Assembly (NCBI GenBank): GCA_964559675.1
Contig: CAZLHJ010000001.1
Span: 56,285 to 120,284 of the forward strand
Source: Candidatus Woesearchaeota archaeon
GTDB lineage: Archaea; Nanobdellota; Nanobdellia; Pacearchaeales; GW2011-AR1
Reading direction: 5' to 3'
Length of the DNA: 64,000 nt
Program-made: the position numbers and the translations under genes
Part shown: positions 47,356 through 57,722 of the stretch, one piece after another
Position numbering within the stretch: position 1 is the stretch's first letter
Layout: the number at the start of each line of letters is the position of its first letter
Notes under the pieces: model-generated
The model's database searches: none
The model's input: only the letters and a program-made list of their open reading frames with translations
Told to the model about the DNA's origin: nothing

Positions 47356-48003
47356 ATGAAAGTCGATCCATATGTTGAAAAATTAAATTCTTCACAAGAA
47401 TTTAAAGAATTTAAGGAAAAAAACCCTGATTCTTATTTAGCCGCAGGTTTCTTCATTATAGATTTAGAAAATGAGAACAACATTCATCAAATAGATTATT
47501 ACATTCCATCTAGCAAGAAAATTGCAGCTTTCACATTAGATGAAGAAATTAAAGTTCAAGTTTTAGATACTTTAAATGAAAAAGTTCCAGAGAAACTTGA
47601 TCTTAAAATTAATACTGATTTAGAAGCTCTAAAGGGAATTTTAGAAGATGAAATGAAAAATAGGAATATGTCTCAAAGTATTAAGAAATTAATTGCAGTG
47701 ATCCAAACTATTGAAGGAAAAGACACTTGGACAATAAATTGTGTTCTTTCAGGAATGGAAATTCTAAGAGCAAGTATTGAAGATGAGTCCAAAACTGTCT
47801 TAAAAATGGAAAAATCCTCAATAATGGAGTTTGTCAAGAAAGTCCCAGTTCAACAACTAAAACCAAAACCTAGCCCAGAATCTAAGGAGCAAATAAAACA
47901 AGAGCTCTCAAAATTGAACGAATTAGCAGATGAAATCAAAAAAGAAAAATCTGAATTGGAAAGCGAGTTAAAAGATTTAGAAGAAAATAAAGATAAAAAG
48001 TAA
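47356..48003 (+). CDS. hypothetical coiled-coil protein
   Basis: 215-aa ORF. Confidence 0.4.
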   Translation: MKVDPYVEKLNSSQEFKEFKEKNPDSYLAAGFFIIDLENENNIHQIDYYIPSSKKIAAFTLDEEIKVQVLDTLNEKVPEKLDLKINTDLEALKGILEDEMKNRNMSQSIKKLIAVIQTIEGKDTWTINCVLSGMEILRASIEDESKTVLKMEKSSIMEFVKKVPVQQLKPKPSPESKEQIKQELSKLNELADEIKKEKSELESELKDLEENKDKK

Positions 48004-48540
48004 TTATTTCTTATTCCACAACATCTTCGTATACCCTTCACTTATAATTTCCTTCTTACTTACTCCCAACTTCTCAATAACGTCATAAACTTCCTTCCTA
48101 GCTCTTTCCACATTTTTTTCTAAACATAAATATTCAACTTCAATGAAATGACCGAGACCCTTTACTTTATTTAATTCGATATGAAAATTCTTCTTTATTT
48201 CATATAATTCAGTGACTTTCTCTTTAGTAAGCCATTTCTTAAAACCAAAATCTTCCAATAATAATAAATATCCTTCAATTTCTTTCGTTTTAAACTCAAT
48301 TTCATTTTTTGCATAAACTCCTTTAATATAAGATAATTTTTTTTTAAAATTAACTTCATAAAATCCTCCTCTCTTTCTTACTCTCAAACTCTTTCTAGGA
48401 TATTTTTCACAATTCTCAAGAGTGTAATAATCATCAATCTTTCTCTCTTTTTTTGTAAATTTAGCTAATTTTTTAATATCTAATCTAAATTTATCGACTT
48501 CATTCTCAGAAATTTTTATTTTTGCTTCTACCTCTATCAT
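48004..48540 (-). CDS. CYTH-domain protein (CyaB/thiamine-triphosphatase-like)
   Basis: MIEVEAKIKI (the ExExK motif) and the rest of a CYTH barrel pattern. Confidence 0.8.
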   Translation of the reverse strand: MIEVEAKIKISENEVDKFRLDIKKLAKFTKKERKIDDYYTLENCEKYPRKSLRVRKRGGFYEVNFKKKLSYIKGVYAKNEIEFKTKEIEGYLLLLEDFGFKKWLTKEKVTELYEIKKNFHIELNKVKGLGHFIEVEYLCLEKNVERARKEVYDVIEKLGVSKKEIISEGYTKMLWNKK

Positions 48541-48590
48541 ATCAAAATAAATTAAATTTAATAAAATAATAAAAAAATAAATTTTTGTTT

Positions 48591-49043
48591 TTAGTTACAA
48601 ACAACTGTCTTTGGAGAAAAGTCACATGTGTTTGTCTCTCCATTTTCTTTCAAGACAACTCCTGCTACTCTAACTTCACTTGGTGTTCCAGCAACTCCAG
48701 TCAAATTCGCGCTAGCTGTAGCTCCCTCAAGAATTCCTCCAGGAATCGTACTAGTAGACCTGACAATCGTTTCATCACCATACTTAAATCCAAGTTTAAC
48801 TTCAGTTAAATCAACATCTCCGCCCTTCCATCTATATTTGACAGTAGCATTTTTTGAAGTCGAATCATAGTCACAACTTGTTGGTTCAAGCTCAAGTTCA
48901 ATACAACTTGTAGTTAAACTCTCTCCTGCTTTCTGAATAGCGGGTTTTACAAAACTCCAAACTATTAATACAGCAGCAATTGCAAGTAAGATAATTAAGA
49001 CAGTAGTAACAACATCACTCAATCCTCTTTTATTTTTATACAT
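48591..49043 (-). CDS. archaeal type IV pilin-like protein (class III signal peptide, DUF361-like)
   Basis: MYKNKRGLSDVVTTVLIILLAIAAVLIVWSFV, the signature of a prepilin-peptidase-processed archaeal signal. Confidence 0.75.
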   Translation of the reverse strand: MYKNKRGLSDVVTTVLIILLAIAAVLIVWSFVKPAIQKAGESLTTSCIELELEPTSCDYDSTSKNATVKYRWKGGDVDLTEVKLGFKYGDETIVRSTSTIPGGILEGATASANLTGVAGTPSEVRVAGVVLKENGETNTCDFSPKTVVCN

Positions 49044-49113
49044 TTTTACCCTCCTTTCACCATTAAATTGGATAATTAATAAAGCAAAAAGTTGTTTATA
49101 TACGTTTCTATAA

Positions 49114-49326
49114 CTAAATTATTTCAACAGGATGGATCTTAACAATTCTAGGGTCTAGAGGAGGTAATCTTTGTAAATCTCTAATATTCCCATCATAAGT
49201 AATCCTACACTCTCCGTTTTGAGTGGTCCTAACCTCAACACCTTCAAGACTTGCAAGCACACCTCGTGCATCATCCATCATTCCAGTTCCCTTGTATTTT
49301 CTATCAATTGTTAATGTGTATTCCAT
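49114..49326 (-). CDS. small protein, paralogue of 49363..49623
   Basis: LEGVEVRTTQNGECRITYDG in this ORF versus VEGVRDISPTVGTRGLGQFTYTG in the neighbour. Confidence 0.35.
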   Translation of the reverse strand: MEYTLTIDRKYKGTGMMDDARGVLASLEGVEVRTTQNGECRITYDGNIRDLQRLPPLDPRIVKIHPVEII

Positions 49327-49362
49327 AAGCGAATCTTTAAAATTAAGCTTTTAAATACATTT

Positions 49363-49623
49363 CTATCTTCTTGGACCAGAGGTTTGCAACTCAAGATAAA
49401 TAACTGGTTCGATAAAAACTCTTTCCTCACTAAGTCCAGAGCTTCCATAAATATTTTCTATTCCGCCTCTTCCAGTATATGTGAATTGTCCTAGCCCTCT
49501 AGTTCCAACAGTGGGGCTTATGTCTCTTACTCCCTCAACCCTACTTAATTTTTGAACAACTTCTTCTAAAACCGCAGGATCTTCTCTAAATTCTCTTCTT
49601 ACTGCTATTACAAAATCTGTCAT
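49363..49623 (-). CDS. small protein, paralogue of 49114..49326
   Basis: See above. Confidence 0.35.
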   Translation of the reverse strand: MTDFVIAVRREFREDPAVLEEVVQKLSRVEGVRDISPTVGTRGLGQFTYTGRGGIENIYGSSGLSEERVFIEPVIYLELQTSGPRR

Positions 49624-49657
49624 AAAAAAATAGCTAATTCTTAGTTTATAAATCTAA

Positions 49658-51322
49658 TTATTTATGCCCAAACCAGAACTCATATACAAACTTATCATCG
49701 ATTTTCTTCTTGCCTTGGAACTTTGCAAAACCATATCTCTCAAATTGAACTATTTCCTCTTTTTCTAATTTCTTTATTCCCGCATCCGCAATTCCATTAT
49801 CCCATTCACCATTAGGCATTAATATTCTAGTAACTACAAAATCAGAAACCCAATTTACTTTCGGAATATCTTTATTATCAATACTTGTAACTTTAGATTT
49901 CTTATCTAAATCTATATTAAACAAGTGCAATAATCTAATCTCTTTACCTTTAAACTTCTCAAAATCTCCACTACTTAGATAAATATCTTCTAATTTTATT
50001 TCTCTCTTCTCTTCCTTATCTGGATGAATTGGAATCTCTATACTTTTCCAATCCGGATTATTAGTTATCTCTAATTTAACAGGATCTTTAACAAAACTAT
50101 ATCTATTTGATTCTTTGTCTAGTAACTTTCTATTTATTGAATATAATGAATCAATTGGAACAGAAATGTCTTGCTTATTTATCCCAATTTCAAGTATAAA
50201 CTCTCTAAATGCCTCTGGTAAAATGCCTCTCTTCTCTACACTCTGAATGCTCCATGTTCTTGGATCATCCCAACCGAAGAACTTTCCAGATTTTACTTCC
50301 TCTCTATTCTTTGACTTAGAAAACTTCCCTTCTGCACCTTCAAGTTTAACAACTCCTCTATGGATTACAACTTTATCTTTCCATTTGAAAATATCCCATA
50401 TAAATCTCTCGACATCTGTTTCAATCATTAATTCATTTCCTCTTATAATGTGTGTAATTCCAAGTAAATGATCGTCGATAGACCATGTCATTTCAAGTGT
50501 TGGCCAAACCCTATACTTATTTCCAACTCTAGGATGGGCTCTATCACTTATCTTAAACAAAACCCTATCTCTAAATGCAGGATTTGGATGTTGCATACTA
50601 GTCTTCAATCTTAAAACAGCATTTCCTTCTTTTTCTTTAAACATCTCTTTCCATCTTTCCAACTGAATCTTAGGAGGGAATTGTCTACATCCGCACTCTT
50701 TCATACTATCTTTTAATTTTTTAAAATCTGCTTGAGAGCAAAAACAAACGTAAGCCTTATCTTTCTCAATTAATTTTTCAGCATATTCATAATATATCTT
50801 CAATCTATCAGACTTATACACAATTTCTTTTTCATAATTTATTTTCAAATATCTAAGTGCATCTTTAATTAAATCATAAGAATCCTTTTCAACTTGTTTT
50901 ATCTCACTTCCAATTGTATCGTCTATAACAAGAAGTAATTTACCATTATATTTTTCAGCATACATAGCATTAGTTAAGAAAGTAATTGCATTTCCTATAT
51001 GTAATGCTCCAGAAGGGAATGGTGCAATTCTCAATACAGGTTTACCTTTAACATCAGGAAGCTCAGGCAATCCTCTTTCTTCTTCAACTTTCTCTTTAAC
51101 AAACTCACTATATTTCTCAAATTCTTTTTCTCTTTCCTTTTCAGACATAGAATTAACTTTTTTTACAATCTCTTGAATTAAAGGCATAACTTCTTTTATC
51201 TTATCTTTTCCAAGTCCAAACTGAAATAATTTCGGAAGAATTTTCCCAACATCCGCTTTCCCAAATTCAATTGCATTTTTCAAAGAATATGCCCATATGT
51301 AATTATCAAACTTTTTAACCAT
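49658..51322 (-). CDS. gltX: glutamyl-tRNA synthetase (archaeal GluRS)
   Basis: HIGNAITFLTNAMYA (HIGH) and KFSKS; about 550 aa, typical of archaeal GluRS. Confidence 0.85.
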   Translation of the reverse strand: MVKKFDNYIWAYSLKNAIEFGKADVGKILPKLFQFGLGKDKIKEVMPLIQEIVKKVNSMSEKEREKEFEKYSEFVKEKVEEERGLPELPDVKGKPVLRIAPFPSGALHIGNAITFLTNAMYAEKYNGKLLLVIDDTIGSEIKQVEKDSYDLIKDALRYLKINYEKEIVYKSDRLKIYYEYAEKLIEKDKAYVCFCSQADFKKLKDSMKECGCRQFPPKIQLERWKEMFKEKEGNAVLRLKTSMQHPNPAFRDRVLFKISDRAHPRVGNKYRVWPTLEMTWSIDDHLLGITHIIRGNELMIETDVERFIWDIFKWKDKVVIHRGVVKLEGAEGKFSKSKNREEVKSGKFFGWDDPRTWSIQSVEKRGILPEAFREFILEIGINKQDISVPIDSLYSINRKLLDKESNRYSFVKDPVKLEITNNPDWKSIEIPIHPDKEEKREIKLEDIYLSSGDFEKFKGKEIRLLHLFNIDLDKKSKVTSIDNKDIPKVNWVSDFVVTRILMPNGEWDNGIADAGIKKLEKEEIVQFERYGFAKFQGKKKIDDKFVYEFWFGHK

Positions 51323-51367
51323 AAAATAAATAATTAAAATCCTTATTTAAAAGTTCTCAAAATAGTT

Positions 51368-51904
51368 TTAATCGGACTTTCCAATCAAATTTTCTATCTT
51401 CTCAAGCCTTTCCAAGAATCTATCTATCTTATATTCTAAATCTTCTATCTTAACTTTCAAATGATCTACGCTCGCTAACGAACTCGTAGAGCCATAACTC
51501 GAAGAAGAACTAATTGAACTAGAATCAGAAGAAGCTCCAAAATTAGAGAAATCCATAAAAGAACCTGAGTCACCAGGTGAGCTAAATGAACTTGTTGAAC
51601 TAGAATTTACACCCGAGTTACTTGAGTTTCCAGAAGAAGAAAAATCGTTCCCAAAAAATCCGGCAAATGTACTACTCTCATTCCCAGAAGTTCCAGAACT
51701 AGATGAATTCTGAGGTTGAGTTGGCTGACTAAAACTTTGATTTGTAGAGAATGAACTTAAATCAACAACATCTGCACTTGAAGCAACGTTAGCTCTTTTT
51801 GTAATGTTCTCAAGTCTCTTCGCTTTTTCAAGTAATCTCTTGCTTTGCTCACTAGTTAAATCAAGAGTTTCAATAGAAGAATCCTCAAACCACCCCATCT
51901 TCAA
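51368..51904 (-). CDS. hypothetical protein with long Ser-rich low-complexity segment
   Basis: N-terminal and C-terminal coiled segments flank an S/G/N/F-rich region. Confidence 0.4.
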   Translation of the reverse strand: MKMGWFEDSSIETLDLTSEQSKRLLEKAKRLENITKRANVASSADVVDLSSFSTNQSFSQPTQPQNSSSSGTSGNESSTFAGFFGNDFSSSGNSSNSGVNSSSTSSFSSPGDSGSFMDFSNFGASSDSSSISSSSSYGSTSSLASVDHLKVKIEDLEYKIDRFLERLEKIENLIGKSD

Positions 51905-51944
51905 GTATAGAAATACTTTTATTTAAATCTTTATAGGAATTTCC

Positions 51945-52343
51945 ATGAGTTTACCATTATATTTGCCTTCAGAAGAACAAACGAATCCTAGAGAGGTCTA
52001 CATTTTAGTTTCTAAAAAACCATTAGAAAATAGCCAAAATGAATTCAGAGATAAAATTGGAGAATTAATTGCAGAACTTGAACCCCAAGGAAAAAGACTT
52101 TCTGCGGTATGTATATGCGGTAGACCTAATCTTCCAGACATCAGAGAACTATGCTCGAAAAGGGGAATTCCATGTTTCCAAAATTTTCCTATAAGAAAAG
52201 TGGCCTCAGAGATATTAGACGGAAGATATGTAAGACACTCAACTTTCGCTATTCTAATTTATAAAAGAAATTATTTCCCAAGCGATGTGCGAGGAGATTT
52301 AAAATTCACATATGGCATTGAAACTACTCAAAGAGATTTTTAA
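51945..52343 (+). CDS. hypothetical protein
   Basis: 132-aa ORF. Confidence 0.35.
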   Translation: MSLPLYLPSEEQTNPREVYILVSKKPLENSQNEFRDKIGELIAELEPQGKRLSAVCICGRPNLPDIRELCSKRGIPCFQNFPIRKVASEILDGRYVRHSTFAILIYKRNYFPSDVRGDLKFTYGIETTQRDF

Positions 52344-53134
52344 TTATCAAAACCTAAGAACATTGCACACACTATTAATCCAACCCCTACAACAGAACTG
52401 AACGCTAAACCTTCACTACTTCCAATCACCGCCCCTGTAACTCTCATTCCATTAGATATCAATAAACCTACTCCAAACAATCCTAAAACTGATGCTACAA
52501 TTCTCTTCCCTTTCCAATTTATTTTTCTTATACTCTGATCTAAATTCCCTTCTATAGTTTCACTAACAAAAGCTCTAATTTTTCCAACATCTTCTTCATC
52601 AATTAACTGATCTCCCTTTAACAAATAAAGACTAGAATCTAAAAATCCGAGATGGTAAATATTTAATAATTTCTGATTTATTTTAGAGCTTCCTAAATAA
52701 CCTTTCTTTTTTATTGATTTATACACCTCCTTGAATTCAAGTGAAACTAAATCAATTTTATCTAAATCAGATTTACTTCTTCCAAATATCTTAGTGAAAA
52801 ACCCAGGTTCTTTTTCTTCTAGCTTTTTTCTCAGAATCATTTGCTGTGCATTTTCATCAAATAATTTTCCTTCAGAAACATAATCAGCAATAAAATCAAA
52901 TGTAAATTGTTTTTTATTCTCCTCTTTATCTTTTTCTAGATTATTTTCAACATAATCTTTAGCTAAGCCCACACATTTATTTAATTCCTGCATGTCGATA
53001 TGTCTAAATAAAAAATCCGAACTAGAAGATAAAGCTTCATGCCGATTACTCAATCTCAAAATTCCTTCTCTAACAGCACCTTGAACAAATCCCTCATCAA
53101 TCTTTAATTCAACATTCTTCCTCTTCTTCATCAT
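52340..53134 (-). CDS. hypothetical protein with C-terminal TM helices
   Basis: 264-aa ORF. Confidence 0.4.
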   Translation of the reverse strand: MMKKRKNVELKIDEGFVQGAVREGILRLSNRHEALSSSSDFLFRHIDMQELNKCVGLAKDYVENNLEKDKEENKKQFTFDFIADYVSEGKLFDENAQQMILRKKLEEKEPGFFTKIFGRSKSDLDKIDLVSLEFKEVYKSIKKKGYLGSSKINQKLLNIYHLGFLDSSLYLLKGDQLIDEEDVGKIRAFVSETIEGNLDQSIRKINWKGKRIVASVLGLFGVGLLISNGMRVTGAVIGSSEGLAFSSVVGVGLIVCAMFLGFDN

Positions 53135-53244
53135 ACTCTCTTTTATTTATCCAGATTAATAAATCTAACTCCTTCTTTTACTAAAAGTAACTTATAAGTA
53201 ACAACAGCCAAAAGCTTTAAAAATGCCCCAAAGTAGGATAAAGT

Positions 53245-53385
53245 ATGGCAAAAGCAAAAATCTCAATAACTATTGATGAAAAATTGATAAAAACGATAGA
53301 CAAAGTTTTAAAAAATAAACAATTTAGAAACCGATCACATGTATTAGAATATTCATTATCAAAATTTATGGAAGATAAAAAATGA
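53245..53385 (+). CDS. ribbon-helix-helix (CopG-like) small protein (not in the supplied ORF track)
   Basis: MAKAKISITIDEKLIKTIDKVLKNKQFRNRSHVLEYSLSKFMEDKK. Stop overlaps the next start (ATGA). Confidence 0.5.
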   Translation: MAKAKISITIDEKLIKTIDKVLKNKQFRNRSHVLEYSLSKFMEDKK

Positions 53386-54428
53386 ATGGGCTAGAAAAGA
53401 AGTTTTACAAAATTAGAACCGTTACACAAAAGAGAAAACTCAATTTAACTCAAGTATTTAGTCCAGAAGGTCTCGTTCAAAGAATCCTTGACCTATGCCC
53501 CTCAGAGTCTTTAGAATTAAGATTTCCACTTCTCCCAGGAAACTTCTATGCAAGAGATAAAACAAGGGCAGAAGCCTCAAAAAAAGCATGGAATCACTTA
53601 TCGCTATTAAAACTAGACCAGCCTAAAACTCAAAATGAAGCTCATCATTCAGAAGAAACTCCTCAAAAAATCCTAAAGCGTTCTCTTACGGATATGAAAG
53701 GAGATTTCGATGGATATTCTTTTGTTCCCCTTATGGGAGGAGATAAAAGAAGAAGAGTGGTCCCCTTTATTTGGACTTTAGAAGCAGCAAGAGATTTTGC
53801 ATTTTACTCAGAATTAGGAGAATTTAGAGTTAAACCTTATGTGGATGCAAGAGCAGTTCCATTCCAAGGAGGAGATGTTTTAGTTACATTCCCTCAACTT
53901 AATGGTAAGGACTCAAGATACGTTATAAACCTAAGATCTCTCCCAACAAGTGATTCTACATTCAAGGGTTTAGATTTAAAGAACGCAATTATCTGGGGAA
54001 TTAATTCAGAACATGTAGAAAGACCGAATGCCCATAAAGCAGTAAGTGCAACAAGATACAATTCTGGAGAGATAGCAACTCACAGAGATAGAGAAATTAT
54101 TTATCCGGAAGAAATAGTAGCATATCTCGCAACGTGCAATCATTTTCAAGCAGAGAACAATCCAATCCTAACCAGGATGAATCCATTTTTCCTTCCTTCA
54201 AGAGAGTTAGCAGAATTCTATAAAAAACTAGAAAATAATGTAATTATTTTCGATAAAACTCTATCTAAAAAGAATAATAAATTTCAAAACGGACACCTTC
54301 ATGCAATAGAGAAATCCAGACTATTGGGAAGAGCAATTTCCCTTCTTGGTCCAGATAGGGCAATTTATTCAAATAAAAGAGATGGAAAATTAAGAGATTA
54401 TGATTGGTCCACTCTAGAGGTCGCGTAA
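53382..54428 (+). CDS. hypothetical 348-aa protein (operon with RHH gene)
   Basis: No recognisable motif; TAAATG junction with the next gene. Confidence 0.5.
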   Translation: MNGLEKKFYKIRTVTQKRKLNLTQVFSPEGLVQRILDLCPSESLELRFPLLPGNFYARDKTRAEASKKAWNHLSLLKLDQPKTQNEAHHSEETPQKILKRSLTDMKGDFDGYSFVPLMGGDKRRRVVPFIWTLEAARDFAFYSELGEFRVKPYVDARAVPFQGGDVLVTFPQLNGKDSRYVINLRSLPTSDSTFKGLDLKNAIIWGINSEHVERPNAHKAVSATRYNSGEIATHRDREIIYPEEIVAYLATCNHFQAENNPILTRMNPFFLPSRELAEFYKKLENNVIIFDKTLSKKNNKFQNGHLHAIEKSRLLGRAISLLGPDRAIYSNKRDGKLRDYDWSTLEVA

Positions 54429-54878
54429 ATGACAACTCTAGCAGAATTAACAAGAAAAGTAAGGGAAAAAATCACACAACCTAATTTAATTAGAACTATT
54501 CTTACAGACCAAGATTTAGAAATATGGTTTGATGAAGGAAAAGGAGACATTCAAAATATGGAGTCGCTTAAAATTGAACCAAATTCAGATTCAAAATTCG
54601 TAGCAGATTATTTCGGTATATGCCCGTATGGGCCCTTCCAGACTTTTCTTTCTCCCAGGAATTCTCAATTAATCCAAGGATCTAAAATTTTAAACCAAAT
54701 TAGAGAAAGAATTCAAGGAATAAAAGATTCAAAAAAATTTGAACAATATTCTCCCAGAACAAATAATTTTTACACTCAAATCGCTTCAGAAAGAACAGAT
54801 CCTCAAAATTATGAAGAAGCAGAAAGAGCAGCTTTAACCATAATTGATATATTCAATATAAGGGGAACTAACCCTTAA
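54429..54878 (+). CDS. hypothetical 149-aa protein
   Basis: No recognisable motif. Confidence 0.45.
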   Translation: MTTLAELTRKVREKITQPNLIRTILTDQDLEIWFDEGKGDIQNMESLKIEPNSDSKFVADYFGICPYGPFQTFLSPRNSQLIQGSKILNQIRERIQGIKDSKKFEQYSPRTNNFYTQIASERTDPQNYEEAERAALTIIDIFNIRGTNP

Positions 54879-55413
54879 ACGCACTATATCCTTCTCTACT
54901 ATAATCCTCTCTAGTAATTGTTCCCTTTCTTGCTTTTTTATTCCACCTATCATTATAATCTTCTTGACTTACATGATACAATAAATCGTCTATAAACAAA
55001 GTATTTGTACTTCCGTCAAAATGCCACGCTACTCTTCTATCTGTATGTCTTTGATGCGGAGAGATATTAAAATCTCCAATTTTCTCTTTGTCCGGAGTTG
55101 CAATAGGATTCGCAGCAATTGTCCTAATCCTATTAACGTATGCAGGCATATTATTCCGTACTCTTGGATCATCTCTAGCTCTTTCCAATGCCTTATTAGA
55201 AATTAAAATTGTTAATGGACTTGCAGTATGTCGGGCCATTAAGATTAAAACTCCGCCCGCAACTAAAAACCAAATAGCATAAATTGTTCCAGCCTTAAAA
55301 TCTGCTCCCTCAAATACAACATATCCTGTAATCCCTTGAAGTGAATTAAGCACAAGAACAAAACCAATAAGTAAGAAAGATACTCCTAAAATTCTAAACA
55401 CTCTCTTTTTCAT
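54868..55413 (-). CDS. hypothetical membrane-anchored protein
   Basis: Two N-terminal TM helices plus a soluble domain. Confidence 0.4.
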   Translation of the reverse strand: MKKRVFRILGVSFLLIGFVLVLNSLQGITGYVVFEGADFKAGTIYAIWFLVAGGVLILMARHTASPLTILISNKALERARDDPRVRNNMPAYVNRIRTIAANPIATPDKEKIGDFNISPHQRHTDRRVAWHFDGSTNTLFIDDLLYHVSQEDYNDRWNKKARKGTITREDYSREGYSAFKG

Positions 55414-55419
55414 TTTTAT

Positions 55420-55953
55420 TTATCTTCTTTTATCTTTAAATAAATTTTCTTTTATCTCCAAAGACATCTCTTTAACTACTTCCTTAAAACCATATTTTTC
55501 GTAAAACTTTATTGCAGGAATATTTTCGGAATTTACGGATAAGGCAATTCTCTCAACTTTTTTCTCTTTAAACCATTTTATTAATGCATCAGTTAATTCT
55601 CTTCCAACACCTTCTTTCCTATATTTTTTATCAACAAAAAAATCTCTAATACTCGCTTCTTTAGAGTATCTCATATATTTAGTCCCTCTTCTGACAACTC
55701 CTTCAATATATCCAATTAATTCACCTTCAGAATCTGCAACATAAACTCTTTTATTTACATTTCTCAAAACTTCAAGAAAATATTTTTTATAATTTTCTTT
55801 AACTTCAGAATTAGTTCTTAACTTAAGGGATCTAATGATTTTAGCATGATAATCCATATTTTTCCCAGCAAGTTCCGACAATTTCTTTATATCTCCAGAG
55901 GTCGCTTTTCGTATTTTCATTCCTTCAAATATCCGCCTTTCTGTAAATTCCAC
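55420..55953 (-). CDS. GNAT N-acetyltransferase
   Basis: YRKEGVGRELTDALIKWFKEKKVERIALSVNSENIPAIKFYEKYGF. Confidence 0.85.
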   Translation of the reverse strand: MEFTERRIFEGMKIRKATSGDIKKLSELAGKNMDYHAKIIRSLKLRTNSEVKENYKKYFLEVLRNVNKRVYVADSEGELIGYIEGVVRRGTKYMRYSKEASIRDFFVDKKYRKEGVGRELTDALIKWFKEKKVERIALSVNSENIPAIKFYEKYGFKEVVKEMSLEIKENLFKDKRR

Positions 55954-57722
55954 AATTTCCTATATTGACCTTGCTGATTAATAAGATCATTATGTTTACC
56001 AATCTGAACTATCTTTCCTTTTTCCAGAACAACAATTTTATCTGCTTTCATAATTGTACTTAATCTATGTGCAATAATTATGCTTGTTCTCCCTTGCATT
56101 AATTTTTCTAAATCTTTTTGTATCTCATATTCTGTTTCTGAATCAAGAGCAGAGGTAGCTTCATCTAAAACTAAAATTTTCTTATTAGCTAAAATTGCCC
56201 TTGCAATTGAAACTCTCTGTCTTTCTCCTCCAGACAATTTTACTCCTCTTTCTCCCACAATTGTATTTTCTTTCTGAGGCAAATCCTTTATCAATCTGTC
56301 AAGTTGAGCGAATTTAATAGCTTTAAAGACTTCTTCTTTACTCGCAGAAGGATTAGAAAATTTGATATTATTAAAAATACTATCATCAAATAAAATTGCT
56401 TCTTGAGGAACAATGCTTAATTCTCCTCTTAAAGATTCTTGTTTAACATTTCTTATGTCTACTCCATCAATTTTTATACTCCCTCTCTTTACATCATATA
56501 ATCTGTACAATAGTTTAACTAAAGTTGTTTTTCCACACCCAGAATGTCCAACTAAAGCAATTTTCTCTCCAGAATTAACATCTAATGTAATTCCATGCAA
56601 CGCCCTATTTTTCTTCCCATCATATGTAAACTCAACATTATCAAACTTAATTTCTCCTCTCTTAATATTCAATTTAGGTGCATTTGGCTTATCTTCAATT
56701 TCATTATTTACTTCAGCATATTTGAATAGGTCGTCTACATCTCCAAGAGAAGTATAAAACCTTCTTATCCCGTGTACAAATCCAAATAATGGATTCACAA
56801 GATTAAGATAAACTGTATAAATGAAAGTTAGAGTTCCAATTGTAATCTCTCCATTTAACAATTTTATTAACGGGAAATAAATAAGGAAAAATGTTCCAAT
56901 TCCTAGAATTAAACTCTCTCCTGCTCCAAACCACATTCCATAATTCCAAAATTTAACTAATTTAATTTTAGTTTCTTCAGCTAATTTTCCAAATTTTCTC
57001 TTAATCCAATTCTCTTTTCCAAAATACTTAACAGAATCAATATTAGTAAACGTATCTGCAATATTTGCTTTCTCTATATCTTCTGCAGCGTTAGCCTCGT
57101 ACTGGGCTTTCTGCTGTTTCTTTGAGATATATATTCCAAATGCAAGGAAAGTTACAGAGGTTAAAAGTAAAACTAAAGCAGAGATCTTATCGAAATAATA
57201 AATTGATCCTCCAACAATAAGAATTTGTAAAATCAATGGGGCGAAATTAAATATAAAAAAGTCAGTTAAGCCTTCAACTGCTCTTCCTCCTCTATTCATT
57301 CTAGCAATTAAACTTCCAGTCTTATGCGTTACGTGGAATCCATGGTGTAAATTGACTATATGGTTGAAGAATTTTGTTTTTATATCAAACATCATTTGAG
57401 ATTCGACTCTATTCAATAAACTAATTTGAACAATACTTATAACGAATTTAGAAATAATTACTAAAATAAACGCAATTCCTACTCCAATTAATGCTTGAAC
57501 AAAGAAATTTCTCGCAAGCTCTCCAGCAACATATTCAGTTCCATTATCAATTACAATTTTAAATAAAAATTTATCGACAACAGACAAACCTTCTCTCAAT
57601 GTAGTAAATATGATAATGAAAACAAAAAGCCACCTATATACTCCAGCTACCCTGAAGTAAGTTTTTATGTTTTTCATAAAATCTATTTTCTCATCTGGTT
57701 TTTTTCTGCCTTGAACTCCCAT
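55917..57722 (-). CDS. ABC transporter, fused permease/ATP-binding exporter (MsbA-like)
   Basis: Six-TM N-terminal domain; GHSGCGKTT, LSGGERQRVSIARA, LVLDEATSALD. Confidence 0.95.
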   Translation of the reverse strand: MGVQGRKKPDEKIDFMKNIKTYFRVAGVYRWLFVFIIIFTTLREGLSVVDKFLFKIVIDNGTEYVAGELARNFFVQALIGVGIAFILVIISKFVISIVQISLLNRVESQMMFDIKTKFFNHIVNLHHGFHVTHKTGSLIARMNRGGRAVEGLTDFFIFNFAPLILQILIVGGSIYYFDKISALVLLLTSVTFLAFGIYISKKQQKAQYEANAAEDIEKANIADTFTNIDSVKYFGKENWIKRKFGKLAEETKIKLVKFWNYGMWFGAGESLILGIGTFFLIYFPLIKLLNGEITIGTLTFIYTVYLNLVNPLFGFVHGIRRFYTSLGDVDDLFKYAEVNNEIEDKPNAPKLNIKRGEIKFDNVEFTYDGKKNRALHGITLDVNSGEKIALVGHSGCGKTTLVKLLYRLYDVKRGSIKIDGVDIRNVKQESLRGELSIVPQEAILFDDSIFNNIKFSNPSASKEEVFKAIKFAQLDRLIKDLPQKENTIVGERGVKLSGGERQRVSIARAILANKKILVLDEATSALDSETEYEIQKDLEKLMQGRTSIIIAHRLSTIMKADKIVVLEKGKIVQIGKHNDLINQQGQYRKLWNLQKGGYLKE

